From NCBI GenBank assembly GCA_002269645.1, contig NIVC01000006.1, positions 434,001 to 498,000 of the forward strand: DNA of 64,000 bases. Direction: 5' to 3'. The notes beneath the pieces were generated by a model. The model was not told the DNA's origin. It worked only from the letters and a program-made list of their open reading frames with translations, and did no database searches. This DNA is from Macrostomum lignano. Lineage: Eukaryota. This document shows, piece after piece, positions 23,051 through 36,800 of this stretch; positions within the stretch are counted from its first letter, which is position 1, and the number at the start of each line of letters is the position of its first letter. Position numbers and translations under genes: made by a program.

Positions 23051-24490
23051 GTCTTGGTGAGCGCCCCTGTATCTTGGGTGGGCGACCCTGTCTCTTGGGT
23101 GGGCGACCCTGTCTCTTGGTTGGGCGCCCCCGTCTCATGCTGGGCGCCCCTGTCTCTTTGTGGGCGCCCCTGTCTCTTGGGTGGGCGCCCCTGTCTTTTG
23201 TGTGGGCGCCCCTGTCTCTTGGTGGGCGCTCCTGTATCTTGGGTGGGTGACCCTGTTTCTTGGTGGGCGCCCCTGTCTCTTGCTGGGCGCCCCTGTCTCT
23301 TTGTGGGCGCCCCTGTCTCTAAGGGTGGGCGCCCCTGTTTCTTGGTGGGCGCCCCTGTCTCTTGGTGGGCGCCCCTGTCTCTTTGTGGGCGCCCCTGTCT
23401 CTTGGGTGGGCGCCCCTGTCTTTTGTGTGGGCGCCCCTGTCTCTTGGTGGGCGCTCCTGTATCTTGGGTGGGTGACCCTGTCTCTTGGTGGGCGCTCCTG
23501 TCTGATGGTGGGCGCCCCTGTCTCTTGGTGGGCACCCCTGTCTCTTTGTGGGCGCCCCTGTCTCTTGGTGGGCGACGCTGTCTCTTGGGTGGGCGCCCCT
23601 GTCTCTTGGGTGGGCGCCCCTGTCTTTTGTGTGGGCGCCCCTGTCTCTTTGTGGGCGCCCCTGTCTCTTGGGTGGGCGCCCCTGTTTCTTGGTGGGCGCC
23701 CCTGTCTCTTGGTGGGCGCCTCTGTCTCTTGGGTGGGCGCCCCTGTCTCTTGGGTGGGCGCCCCTGTCTCTTGGTGGGCGCCCCTGTCTCTTGGTGGGCG
23801 CCCCTGTCTCTTTGTGGGCGCCCCTGTCTCTTGGGTGGGCGCCCCTGTCTTTTGTGTGGGCGCCCCTGTCTCTTGGTGGGCGCTCCTGTATCTTGGGTGG
23901 GTGACCCTGTCTCTTGGTGGGCGCTCCTGTCTCTTGCTGGGCGCCCCTGTCTCTTTGTGGGCACCCCTGTCTCTTTGTGGGCGCCCCTGTCTCTTGGTGG
24001 GCGACGCTGTCTCTTGGGTGGGCGCCCCTGTCTAATGCTGGGCGCCCCTGTCTCTTTGTGGGCGCCCCTGTCTCTTGGGTGGGCGCCCCTGTTTCTTGGT
24101 GGGTGCCCCTGTCTCTTGGTGGGCGCCCCTGTCTCTTTGTGGGCGCCCCTGTCTCTAAGGGTGGGCGCCCCTGTTTCTTGGTGGGCGCCCCTGTCTCTTG
24201 GTGGGCGCCTCTGTCTCTTGGGTGGGCGCCCCTGTCTCTTGGGTGGGCGCCCCTGTCTCTTGGTGGGCGCCCCTGTCTCTTGGTGGGCGCCCCTGTCTCT
24301 TGGGTGGGCGCCCCTGTCTCTTGGGTGGGCGCCCCTGTCTTTTGTGTGGGCGCCCCTGTCTCTTGGTGGGCGCTCCTGTCTCTTGGTGGGCGCCCCTGTC
24401 TCTTGGTGGGCGCCCCTGTCTCTTGGTGGGCGCCCCTGTCTCTTGGTGGGGGCCCCTGTCTCATGGTGGGCGTCCCTGTCTCTTGGGCCC
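23051..24490. repeat. 20/21-bp GC-rich minisatellite (GGTGGGCGCCCCTGTCTCTT), about 70 copies
   Basis: Tandem units with a GGCGCC core; the same family occurs in reverse orientation at 54790-55334. Confidence 0.98.
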
Positions 24491-25067
24491 GTGAGTTAAG
24501 CGTCCAAGACGAGGCAAAAGTTGAGCTCCTGCGCCACTTATTGATGAGACATGAATTTTTCTGTTCTGCAAACTGCATCACTCAAATCCGGCGCATAAAA
24601 GATTTCGGAATTCAGTTTAAGGACTGGCAGCCTCGTCCAAAAAAATTATTTTGAAGAGCTGCAAAATTTCGCTTATTGCATCTTGTTCTCATCTGCAGAG
24701 GATTTTCAAGCTTAATCTACAATCGACGCTATTAAGATAAATCTTTATTAATCATTTCTCAAAGCTTTTCGAATATCCAAAAAGCAGAAAAATAAAAGAA
24801 AATAGATTCAAAAGAAACAAAGCAGAAAGGAGACGAAATCTTGAATGCTGTCAATGGTGTTTCATTCTGTGGGATCGCCTTTTGTGACACTTGACTCCCT
24901 TGCTTTTGCGCTTAGCCTGATGGCGCTGAGCTGCTTACTGATTCAGGGGCACCTCTGATATCCTTGTTGGCCAGATTGAAGGACTGCGATAGGCGACACT
25001 TTCCTAGAGACAAAACAGTGACAAGAAAGGTAAAATAGGCGCGCTTTACTGTGATAGATGGAGGATG

Positions 25068-25345
<278 letters not shown>

Positions 25346-25842
25346 GATAGATCACTCAGGTAGATAGACGGATAGAAGCAGTGCAGGCCCATTTCACTAC
25401 TTCCGCACTGCAATGCAAGCCGGTTTGCTCACGCAGGTATGCAGAGTGAGCAAGTCGAGAAAGGAAAAAACAGTGGAAATTCATCTCCCCAGGTAAATAT
25501 TTCCCAAATCTCGACCTGCCCCCGCTGCGGGGGCCGGCCAAAGTAAATGGAAATTTTTCCTATTCTTGGCCAGCCCCTATGCGCATTTGTCTCAGTGAAG
25601 CTGCAAATCGCTGCAGACACCTGCCGTTAATTAATCCTTCTTTTGACTGCCGGCCCTTCTGCAAAAGTCAAATCGATGGCCCTCGCTTTCTTATTCTGTG
25701 TCGTTGTAATCGAGTTTCCGTTTTTTGGGCTGTTGATTATATTTACTGTTGCCAACAGGTCTGTTTATTCACTGTTGGCATTCCATATTTGGTCAAATGA
25801 AAATGGGCTCGAAAACTGCACAGCTCATCTACTGTGCCTCAT

Positions 25843-26581
25843 CAACACCCACAACACCTCAGCAACACCCACAACACCTCAGTAACACCCACAGCACCTC
25901 AGCAACACCCACAACACCTCAGTAACACCCACAACACCTCAGCAACACCCACAACACCTCAACAACACCCACAACACCTCAACAACACCCCAGAGCACCT
26001 CAGAAACACCCACAACACCTCAGCAACACCCACAACACCTCAGCAACACCCACAGCACCCCAACAACACCCCACAGCACCTCAACAACACCCACAACACC
26101 TCAACAACACCTCAACAACACCCCAGAGCACCTCAGAAACACCCACAACACCTCAGCAACACCCACAACACCTCAGCAACACCCACAACACCTCAACAAC
26201 ACCCACAACACCTCAACAACACCCCAGAGCACCTCAGAAACACCCACAACACCTCAGTAACACCCACAACACCTCAGTAACACCCACAACACCTCAGTAA
26301 CACCCACAACACCTCAACAACACCCACAACACCTCAGCAACATCCCACAACACCTCAGCAACATCCCACAACACCTCAGTAACACCCACAACACCTCAGT
26401 AACACCCACAACACCTCAGTAACACCCACAACACCTCAGCAACATCCCACAACACCTCAGCAACATCCCACAACACCTCAGCAACATCCCACAACACCTC
26501 AGCAACATCCCACAACACCTCAGCAACATCCCACAACACCTCAACAACACCCACAGCACCTCAGCAACACCCACAGCACCC
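25843..26581. repeat. 20/21-bp CA-rich minisatellite (CAACACCCACAACACCTCAG)
   Basis: Tandem units; the 21-bp variant AACATCCCAC dominates the right part. Confidence 0.97.
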
Positions 26582-27839
26582 CCGCCATTGTACGTGTATA
26601 CAAACCTTTGTGTACAAATGTACAATGTACTCGTATTTCAGGGAACAGCAAAGTGCTCGAATACTCATACAAGTACTTGGCTTCAGACAACGCTGCATGG
26701 ACAGCTGTCTGTCTTTTAAATATGCCAGAGATATGCCAGAGCCTTCTTAATCTTCGTCTGCATAACATTTACTACGACCATCTCATTACAGCTGAAGTGC
26801 TTCGCTGCATCACAACCCTGTTAATGCAGCTAATTTCCACTGGTCATCCAGCTTCCTCTTCGACGTTTATATGGTTTGATTTCCATGAACTTACATAACA
26901 GGGCAGCAATTAATTAAGCATTAAATCCTAGCCTTATTTATAATTTAGCATAGGCCCCTGCATGAAGTTCAGACTCTCAAAATCGACTGTAATTTTAGCA
27001 GACGCAATTGAAGCGGGCGCTGCTTTTATGTTTGTCATGAAATGCGTGCGATTTTTTCCGGATTGCGCGCGCAGATTGCTGTAGAAAATATATTAGGAAG
27101 GCCCCAGCGGTTAACAGTAAATTCTGAATTGGACTAATTTATTGGATGAAAATCGTGACACTTATAATTTAATTAGCTCTTCTGAATTACCCTGACTGCT
27201 ATTTTACTTCTGTAGGTCCTTTAGCTTGTAAGATAGCTATAAATCCTTGGAAACTTCTTGATATATAGATCTTGCAGCATCATCTGTAAATATGAATCTT
27301 ACAAAATTCTTTCAAGATTCAGTAGTTACTAGCCATTTCGCCCCCCGCTGGGGGGGCTTAAAAATGACACCAAATTGCCATGAATCAAAACTTTCATCAA
27401 CTAAAAAAGTTTCCTTCATCAACCCAAAACCCTTTCTCAATCAGCCTTAGACCCCTCTTTATTAGCCTAACTCAAAGAACCAAACATTTCATAAATACAC
27501 GGGTATTTCCTATTAGAAGAAATTAGCATCACCTGTGTGTACTATTTCATTATCTTAAATACATGAGCTACTTGAGCCGTACTAATTGACGATCTTACAA
27601 TCGCTCAGCAACCTAACACCCTCCCCAACAATTCAGCCATCCCGTTTGAACCATGATAGTCCAAGGGCTATCTCAAGACTCCAGTAGGCCTGGATATGGA
27701 TATCTCAGTAATTCCCCCAGTAAGTCTTGGCATCTGAGGAATTCCCTCATTAAACATCGCAGCAATTAAACTCGAGCGTTGACATCTACGTAATTTGCCT
27801 GCCCAGCCCAGTAAGCTTTGAAATCTTAGCAATCTACGC

Positions 27840-30800
27840 CAGCAAGCATCAGCAAGCATCCCCCAGACAGCAAGCATCCCCCAGACAGCAAGCATCCCTC
27901 AGACAGCAAGCATCCCTCAGAAAGCAAGCATCCCTCAGACAGCAAGCATCGCCCAGACAGCAAGCATCCCCCAGACAGCAAGCATCCCCCAGACAGCAAG
28001 CATCCCCCAGACAGCAAGCATCCCTCAGACAGCAAGCATCCCTCAGACAGCAAGCATCCCTCAGACAGCAAGCATCGCCCAGACAGCAAGCATCCCCCAG
28101 AGAGCAAGCACCCCCCAGACAGCAAGCATCCCTCAGACAGCAAGCATCCCTCAGACAGCAAGCATCGCCCAGACAGCAAGCATCCCCCAGAAAGCAAGCA
28201 TCCCCCAGACAGCAAGCATCCCTCAGACAGCAAGAAGCCCATAGCAAGCATCCCCCAGACAGCAAGCAGCCCATAGCAAGCATCCCCCAGATAGCAAGCA
28301 TCCCCCAGACAGCAAGCATCCCTTAGATAGCAAGCATTCCCCAGACAGCAAGCAAGCATCCCCCAGACAGCAAGCAAGCATCCCCCAGACAGCAAGCAGC
28401 CCACAGCAAGCATCCCCCAGATAGCAAGCATCCCCCAGACAGCAAGCATCCCCTAGATAGCAAGCATTCCCCAGATAGCAAGCATCCACCAGATAGGAAG
28501 CATCCCACAGATAGCAAGCATCCCCCAGATAGCAAGCATCCCCCAGATAGCAAGCATCCCCCAGATAGCAAGCATTCCCCAGATAGCAAGCATCCCCCAG
28601 ACAGCAAGCATCCCCCAGATAGCAAGCATCCACCAGATAGCAAGCATCCACCAGATAGCAAGCATCCCCCAGACAGCAAACATCCCTCAGACAGCAAGCA
28701 TCCCTCAGACAGCAAGCATCCCTCAGACAGCAAGCATCCCCCAGACAGCAAGCATCCCTCAGACAGCAAGCATCCCTCAGACAGCAAGCATCCCCCAGAC
28801 AGCAAGCATCCCCCAGACAGCAAGCATCCCTCAGACAGCAAGCATCCACCAGATAGCAAGCATCCACCAGATAGCAAGCATCCACCAGATAGGAAGCATC
28901 CCACAGATAGCAAGCATCCCTTAGATAGCAAGCATTCCCCAGACAGCAAGCAAGCATCCCCCAGACAGCAAGCAGCCCACAGCAAGCATCCCCCAGATAG
29001 CAAGCATCCCCCAGACAGCAAGCATCCCCTAGATAGCAAGCATTCCCCAGATAGCAAGCATCCACCAGATAGGAAGCATCCCACAGATAGCAAGCATCCC
29101 CCAGATAGCAAGCATCCCCCAGATAGCAAGCATCCCCCAGATAGCAAGCATTCCCCAGATAGCAAGCATCCCCCAGACAGCAAGCATCCCCCAGATAGCA
29201 AGCATCCACCAGATAGCAAGCATCCACCAGATAGCAAGCATCCCCCAGACAGCAAACATCCCTCAGACAGCAAGCATCCCTCAGACAGCAAGCATCCCTC
29301 AGACAGCAAGCATCCCCAGACAGCAAGCATCCCTCAGACAGCAAGCATCCCTCAGACAGCAAGCATCCCCAGACAGCAAGCATCCCCCAGACAGCAAGCA
29401 TCCCTCAGACAGCAAGCATCCACCAGATAGCAAGCATCCACCAGATAGCAAGCATCCACCAGATAGGAAGCATCCCACAGATAGCAAGCATCCCTTAGAT
29501 AGCAAGCATTCCCCAGACAGCAAGCAAGCATCCCCCAGACAGCAAGCAGCCCACAGCAAGCATCCCCCAGATAGCAAGCATCCCCCAGACAGCAAGCATC
29601 CACCAGATAGCAAGCATCCACCAGATAGCAAGCATCCACCAGATAGGAAGCATCCCACAGATAGCAAGCATCCCCTAGATAGCAAGCATCCCCCCAGACA
29701 GCAAGCATCCCTCAGACAGCAAGCATCCCCCAGACAGCAAGCATCCCCCAGACAGCAAGCATCCCCAGACAGCAAGCATCCCCCAGACAGCAAGCATCCC
29801 CCAGACAGCAAGCATCCCCAGACAGCAAGCATCCCCAAGACAGCAAGCATCCCCAGACAGCAAGCATCCCCCAGACAGCAAGCATCCCCAGACAGCAAGC
29901 ATCCCCCAGACAGCAAGCATCCCCAAGACAGCAAGCATCCCCCAGACAGCAAGCATCCCCCAGACAGCAAGCATCCCCCAGACAGCAAGCATCCCCCAGA
30001 CAGCAAGCATCCCCAAGACAGCAAGCATCCCCAGACAGCAAGCATCCCCAGACAGCAAGCATCCCCCAGACAGCAAGCATCCCCCAGACAGCAAGCATCC
30101 CCCAGACAGCAAGCATCCCCCAGACAGCAAGCATCCCCCAGACAGCAAGCATCCCCCAGACAGCAAGCATCCCCCAGACAGCAAGCATCCCCCAGACAGC
30201 AAGCATCCCCCAGACAGCAAGCATCCCCAGACAGCAAGCATCCCCCAGACAGCAAGCATCCCCCAGACAGCAAGCATCCCCAGACAGCAAGCATCCCCCA
30301 GACAGCAAGCATCCCCCAGACAGCAAGCATCCCCCAGACAGCAAGCATCCCCAGACAGCAAGCATCCCCAGACAGCAAGCATCCCCCAGACAGCAAGCAT
30401 CCCCCAGACAGCAAGCATCCCCCAGACAGCAAGCATCCCCCAGACAGCAAGCATCCCCCAGACAGCAAGCATCCCCAGACAGCAAGCATCCCCCAGACAG
30501 CAAGCATCCCCCAGACAGCAAGCATCCCCCAGACAGCAAGCATCCCCCAGACAGCAAGCATCCCCCAGACAGCAAGCATCCCCCAGACAGCAAGCATCCC
30601 CCAGACAGCAAGCATCCCCCAGACAGCAAGCATCCCCCAGATAGCAAGCATCCCCCAGACAGCAAGCATCCCCAGACAGCAAGCATCCCCCAGACAGCAA
30701 GCATCCCCCAGACAGCAAGCATCCCCCAGACAGCAAGCATTCCCCAGACAGCAAGCAAGCATCCCCCAGACAGCAAGCAGCCCACAGCAAGCATCCCCCA

Positions 30801-33800
30801 GATAGCAAGCATCCCCCAGACAGCAAGCATCCACCAGATAGCAAGCATCCCCAGATAGCAAGCATCCACCAGATAGCAAGCATCCCACAGATAGCAAGCA
30901 TCCCCCAGATAGCAAGCATCCCCCAGATAGCAAGCATCCCCAGATAGCAAGCATCCCCAGATAGCAAGCATCCCCCAGACAGCAAGCATCCCCCAGATAG
31001 CAAGCATCCCCAGATAGCAAGCATCCCCAGATAGCAAGCATCCCCCAGACAGCAAGCATCCCTCAGACAGCAAGCATCCCCAGACAGCAAGCATCCCCAG
31101 ACAGCAAGCATCCCCAGACAGCAAGCATCCCCAGACAGCAAGCATCCCCCAGACAGCAAGCATCCCCCAGACAGCAAGCATCCCCCAGACAGCAAGCATC
31201 CCCAGACAGCAAGCATCCACCAGATAGCAAGCATCCACCAGATAGCAAGCATCCACCAGATAGGAAGCATCCCACAGATAGCAAGCATCCCTTAGATAGC
31301 AAGCATTCCCCAGACAGCAAGCAAGCATCCCCCAGACAGCAAGCAGCCCACAGCAAGCATCCCCCAGATAGCAAGCATCCCCCAGACAGCAAGCATCCAC
31401 CAGATAGCAAGCATCCACCAGATAGCAAGCATCCACCAGATAGGAAGCATCCCACAGATAGCAAGCATCCCCCAGATAGCAAGCATCCCCCCAGACAGCA
31501 AGCATCCCTCAGACAGCAAGCATCCCCCAGACAGCAAGCATCCCCAGACAGCAAGCATCCCTCAGACAGCAAGCATCCCCCAGACAGCAAGCATCCCCAG
31601 ACAGCAAGCATCCCCAGACAGCAAGCATCCCCAGACAGCAAGCATCCCCAGACAGCAAGCATCCCCCAGACAGCAAGCATCCCCAGACAGCAAGCATCCC
31701 CCAGACAGCAAGCATCCCCAGACAGCAAGCATCCCCAGACAGCAAGCATCCCCAGACAGCAAGCATCCCCCAGACAGCAAGCATCCCCAGACAGCAAGCA
31801 TCCCCAGACAGCAAGCATCCCCCAGACAGCAAGCATCCCCAGACAGCAAGCATCCCCCAGACAGCAAGCATCCCCCAGACAGCAAGCATCCCCAGACAGC
31901 AAGCATCCCCCAGACAGCAAGCATCCCCAGACAGCAAGCATCCCCAGACAGCAAGCATCCCCCAGACAGCAAGCATCCCCCAGACAGCAAGCATCCCCCA
32001 GACAGCAAGCATCCCCAGACAGCAAGCATCCCCAGATAGCAAGCATCCCCAGACAGCAAGCATCCCCCAGACAGCAAGCATCCCCCAGACAGCAAGCATC
32101 CCCAGACAGCAAGCATCCCCAGACAGCAAGCATCCCCCAGACAGCAAGCATCCCCAGACAGCAAGCATCCCCCAGACAGCAAGCATCCCCCAGACAGCAA
32201 GCATCCCCCAGACAGCAAGCATCCCCAGACAGCAAGCATCCCCCAGACAGCAAGCATCCCCCAGACAGCAAGCATCCCCCAGACAGCAAGCATCCCCCAG
32301 ACAGCAAGCATCCCCAGACAGCAAGCATCCCCAGACAGCAAGCATCCCCCAGACAGCAAGCATCCCCCAGACAGCAAGCATCCCCCAGACAGCAAGCATC
32401 CCCAGACAGCAAGCATCCCCAGACAGCAAGCATCCCCCAGACAGCAAGCATCCCCAGACAGCAAGCATCCCCCAGACAGCAAGCATCCCCCAGACAGCAA
32501 GCATCCCCCAGACAGCAAGCATCCCCAGACAGCAAGCATCCCCAGACAGCAAGCATCCCCCAGACAGCAAGCATCCCCCAGACAGCAAGCATCCCCAGAC
32601 AGCAAGCATCCCCAGACAGCAAGCATCCCCCAGACAGCAAGCATCCCCAGACAGCAAGCATCCCCCAGACAGCAAGCATCCCCCAGACAGCAAGCATCCC
32701 CAGACAGCAAGCATCCCCAGACAGCAAGCATCCCCAGATAGCAAGCATCCCCAGACAGCAAGCATCCCCCAGATAGCAAGCATCCCCAGATAGCAAGCAT
32801 CCCCAGATAGCAAGCATCCCCAGACAGCAAGCATCCCCAGACAGCAAGCATCCCCAGACAGCAAGCATCCCCAGACAGCAAGCATCCCCCAGACAGCAAG
32901 CATCCCCAGACAGCAAGCATCCCCAGACAGCAAGCATCCCCAGACAGCAAGCATCCCCCAGACAGCAAGCATCCCCAGACAGCAAGCATCCACCAGATAG
33001 CAAGCATCCACCAGATAGCAAGCATCCCCAGATAGCAAGCATCCCACAGATAGCAAGCATCCCCAGACAGCAAGCATCCCCAGACAGCAAGCAAGCATCC
33101 CCAGACAGCAAGCATCCCACAGCAAGCATCCCCAGATAGCAAGCATCCCCAGACAGCAAGCATCCCCAGATAGCAAGCATCCCCAGATAGCAAGCATCCC
33201 CAGATAGCAAGCATCCCACAGATAGCAAGCATCCCCCAGACAGCAAGCATCCCCAGACAGCAAGCATCCCCAGACAGCAAGCATCCCCAGACAGCAAGCA
33301 TCCCCAGACAGCAAGCATCCCCCAGACAGCAAGCATCCCCAGACAGCAAGCATCCCCAGACAGCAAGCATCCCCAGACAGCAAGCATCCCCAGACAGCAA
33401 GCATCCCCAGACAGCAAGCATCCCCCAGACAGCAAGCATCCCCCAGACAGCAAGCATCCCCAGACAGCAAGCATCCCCAGACAGCAAGCATCCCCAGACA
33501 GCAAGCATCCCCCAGACAGCAAGCATCCCCAGACAGCAAGCATCCCCCAGACAGCAAGCATCCCCAGACAGCAAGCATCCCCCAGACAGCAAGCATCCCC
33601 AGACAGCAAGCATCCCCCAGACAGCAAGCATCCCCAGACAGCAAGCATCCCCAGACAGCAAGCATCCCCAGACAGCAAGCATCCCCCAGACAGCAAGCAT
33701 CCCCAGACAGCAAGCATCCCCCAGACAGCAAGCATCCCCAGACAGCAAGCATCCCCAGACAGCAAGCATCCCCCAGACAGCAAGCATCCCCAGACAGCAA

Positions 33801-36800
33801 GCATCCCCCAGACAGCAAGCATCCCCAGACAGCAAGCATCCCCCAGACAGCAAGCATCCCCAGACAGCAAGCATCCCCAGACAGCAAGCATCCCCCAGAC
33901 AGCAAGCATCCCCAGACAGCAAGCATCCCCAGACAGCAAGCATCCCCAGACAGCAAGCATCCCCAGACAGCAAGCATCCCCAGACAGCAAGCATCCCCAG
34001 ACAGCAAGCATCCCCCAGACAGCAAGCATCCCCCAGACAGCAAGCATCCCCAGACAGCAAGCATCCCCCAGACAGCAAGCATCCCCAGACAGCAAGCATC
34101 CCCAGACAGCAAGCATCCCCCAGACAGCAAGCATCCCCAGACAGCAAGCATCCCCAGACAGCAAGCATCCCCAGACAGCAAGCATCCCCAGACAGCAAGC
34201 ATCCCCAGACAGCAAGCATCCCCAGACAGCAAGCATCCCCAGACAGCAAGCATCCCCAGACAGCAAGCATCCCCAGACAGCAAGCATCCCCAGACAGCAA
34301 GCATCCCCAGACAGCAAGCATCCCCAGACAGCAAGCATCCCCAGACAGCAAGCATCCCCAGACAGCAAGCATCCCCAGACAGCAAGCATCCCCAGACAGC
34401 AAGCATCCCCAGACAGCAAGCATCCCCAGACAGCAAGCATCCCCAGACAGCAAGCATCCCCAGACAGCAAGCATCCCCAGACAGCAAGCATCCCCAGACA
34501 GCAAGCATCCCCAGATAGCAAGCATCCACCAGATAGCAAGCATCCCCAGATAGCAAGCATCCCACAGACAGCAAGCATCCCCAGATAGCAAGCATCCCCA
34601 GACAGCAAGCAAGCATCCCCCAGACAGCAAGCATCCCACAGCAAGCATCCCCAGACAGCAAGCATCCCCAGACAGCAAGCATCCCCAGACAGCAAGCATC
34701 CCCAGACAGCAAGCATCCCCAGACAGCAAGCATCCCCAGATAGCAAGCATCCCCAGACAGCAAGCATCCCCAGACAGCAAGCATCCCCAGACAGCAAGCA
34801 TCCCCAGACAGCAAGCATCCCCAGACAGCAAGCATCCCCAGACAGCAAGCATCCCCAGACAGCAAGCATCCCCAGACAGCAAGCATCCCCAGACAGCAAG
34901 CATCCCCAGACAGCAAGCATCCCCAGACAGCAAGCATCCCCAGACAGCAAGCATCCCCAGACAGCAAGCATCCCCAGACAGCAAGCATCCCCAGACAGCA
35001 AGCATCCCCAGACAGCAAGCATCCCCAGACAGCAAGCATCCCCAGACAGCAAGCATCCCCAGACAGCAAGCATCCCCCAGACAGCAAGCATCCCCAGACA
35101 GCAAGCATCCCCAGACAGCAAGCATCCCCAGACAGCAAGCATCCCCCAGACAGCAAGCATCCCCCAGACAGCAAGCATCCCCAGACAGCAAGCATCCCCA
35201 GACAGCAAGCATCCCCAGACAGCAAGCATCCCCAGACAGCAAGCATCCCCCAGACAGCAAGCATCCCCAGACAGCAAGCATCCCCCAGACAGCAAGCATC
35301 CCCCAGACAGCAAGCATCCCCAGACAGCAAGCATCCCCCAGACAGCAAGCATCCCCAGACAGCAAGCATCCCCAGACAGCAAGCATCCCCAGACAGCAAG
35401 CATCCCCAGACAGCAAGCATCCCCCAGACAGCAAGCATCCCCAGACAGCAAGCATCCCCCAGACAGCAAGCATCCCCCAGACAGCAAGCATCCCCCAGAC
35501 AGCAAGCATCCCCAGACAGCAAGCATCCCCCAGACAGCAAGCATCCCCCAGACAGCAAGCATCCCCCAGACAGCAAGCATCCCCAGACAGCAAGCATCCC
35601 CAGACAGCAAGCATCCCCAGACAGCAAGCATCCCCAGACAGCAAGCATCCCCCAGACAGCAAGCATCCCCCAGACAGCAAGCATCCCCAGACAGCAAGCA
35701 TCCCCCAGACAGCAAGCATCCCCAGACAGCAAGCATCCCCAGACAGCAAGCATCCCCCAGACAGCAAGCATCCCCAGACAGCAAGCATCCCCCAGACAGC
35801 AAGCATCCCCAGACAGCAAGCATCCCCAGACAGCAAGCATCCCCAGACAGCAAGCATCCCCAGACAGCAAGCATCCCCCAGACAGCAAGCATCCCCAGAC
35901 AGCAAGCATCCCCCAGACAGCAAGCATCCCCCAGACAGCAAGCATCCCCAGACAGCAAGCATCCCCAGACAGCAAGCATCCCCAGACAGCAAGCATCCCC
36001 AGACAGCAAGCATCCCCAGACAGCAAGCATCCCCAGACAGCAAGCATCCCCAGATAGCAAGCATCCCCAGACAGCAAGCATCCCCAGACAGCAAGCATCC
36101 CCAGACAGCAAGCATCCCCAGACAGCAAGCATCCCCAGACAGCAAGCATCCCCAGACAGCAAGCATCCCCCAGACAGCAAGCATCCCCAGACAGCAAGCA
36201 TCCCCAGACAGCAAGCATCCCCAGACAGCAAGCATCCCCAGACAGCAAGCATCCCCAGACAGCAAGCATCCCCAGATAGCAAGCATCCCCAGATAGCAAG
36301 CATCCCCAGATAGCAAGCATCCCACAGACAGCAAGCATCCCCAGACAGCAAGCATCCCCAGACAGCAAGCAAGCATCCCCAGACAGCAAGCATCCCAGAC
36401 AGCAAGCATCCCCAGACAGCAAGCATCCCCCAGACAGCAAGCATCCCCAGACAGCAAGCATCCCCAGACAGCAAGCATCCCCAGATAGCAAGCATCCCCA
36501 GACAGCAAGCATCCCCAGATAGCAAGCATCCCCCAGACAGCAAGCATCCCCAGACAGCAAGCATCCCCAGACAGCAAGCATCCCCAGACAGCAAGCATCC
36601 CCAGACAGCAAGCATCCCCAGACAGCAAGCATCCCCAGACAGCAAGCATCCCCAGACAGCAAGCATCCCCAGACAGCAAGCATCCCCAGACAGCAAGCAT
36701 CCCCAGACAGCAAGCATCCCCCAGACAGCAAGCATCCCCAGACAGCAAGCATCCCCAGACAGCAAGCATCCCCAGACAGCAAGCATCCCCAGACAGCAAG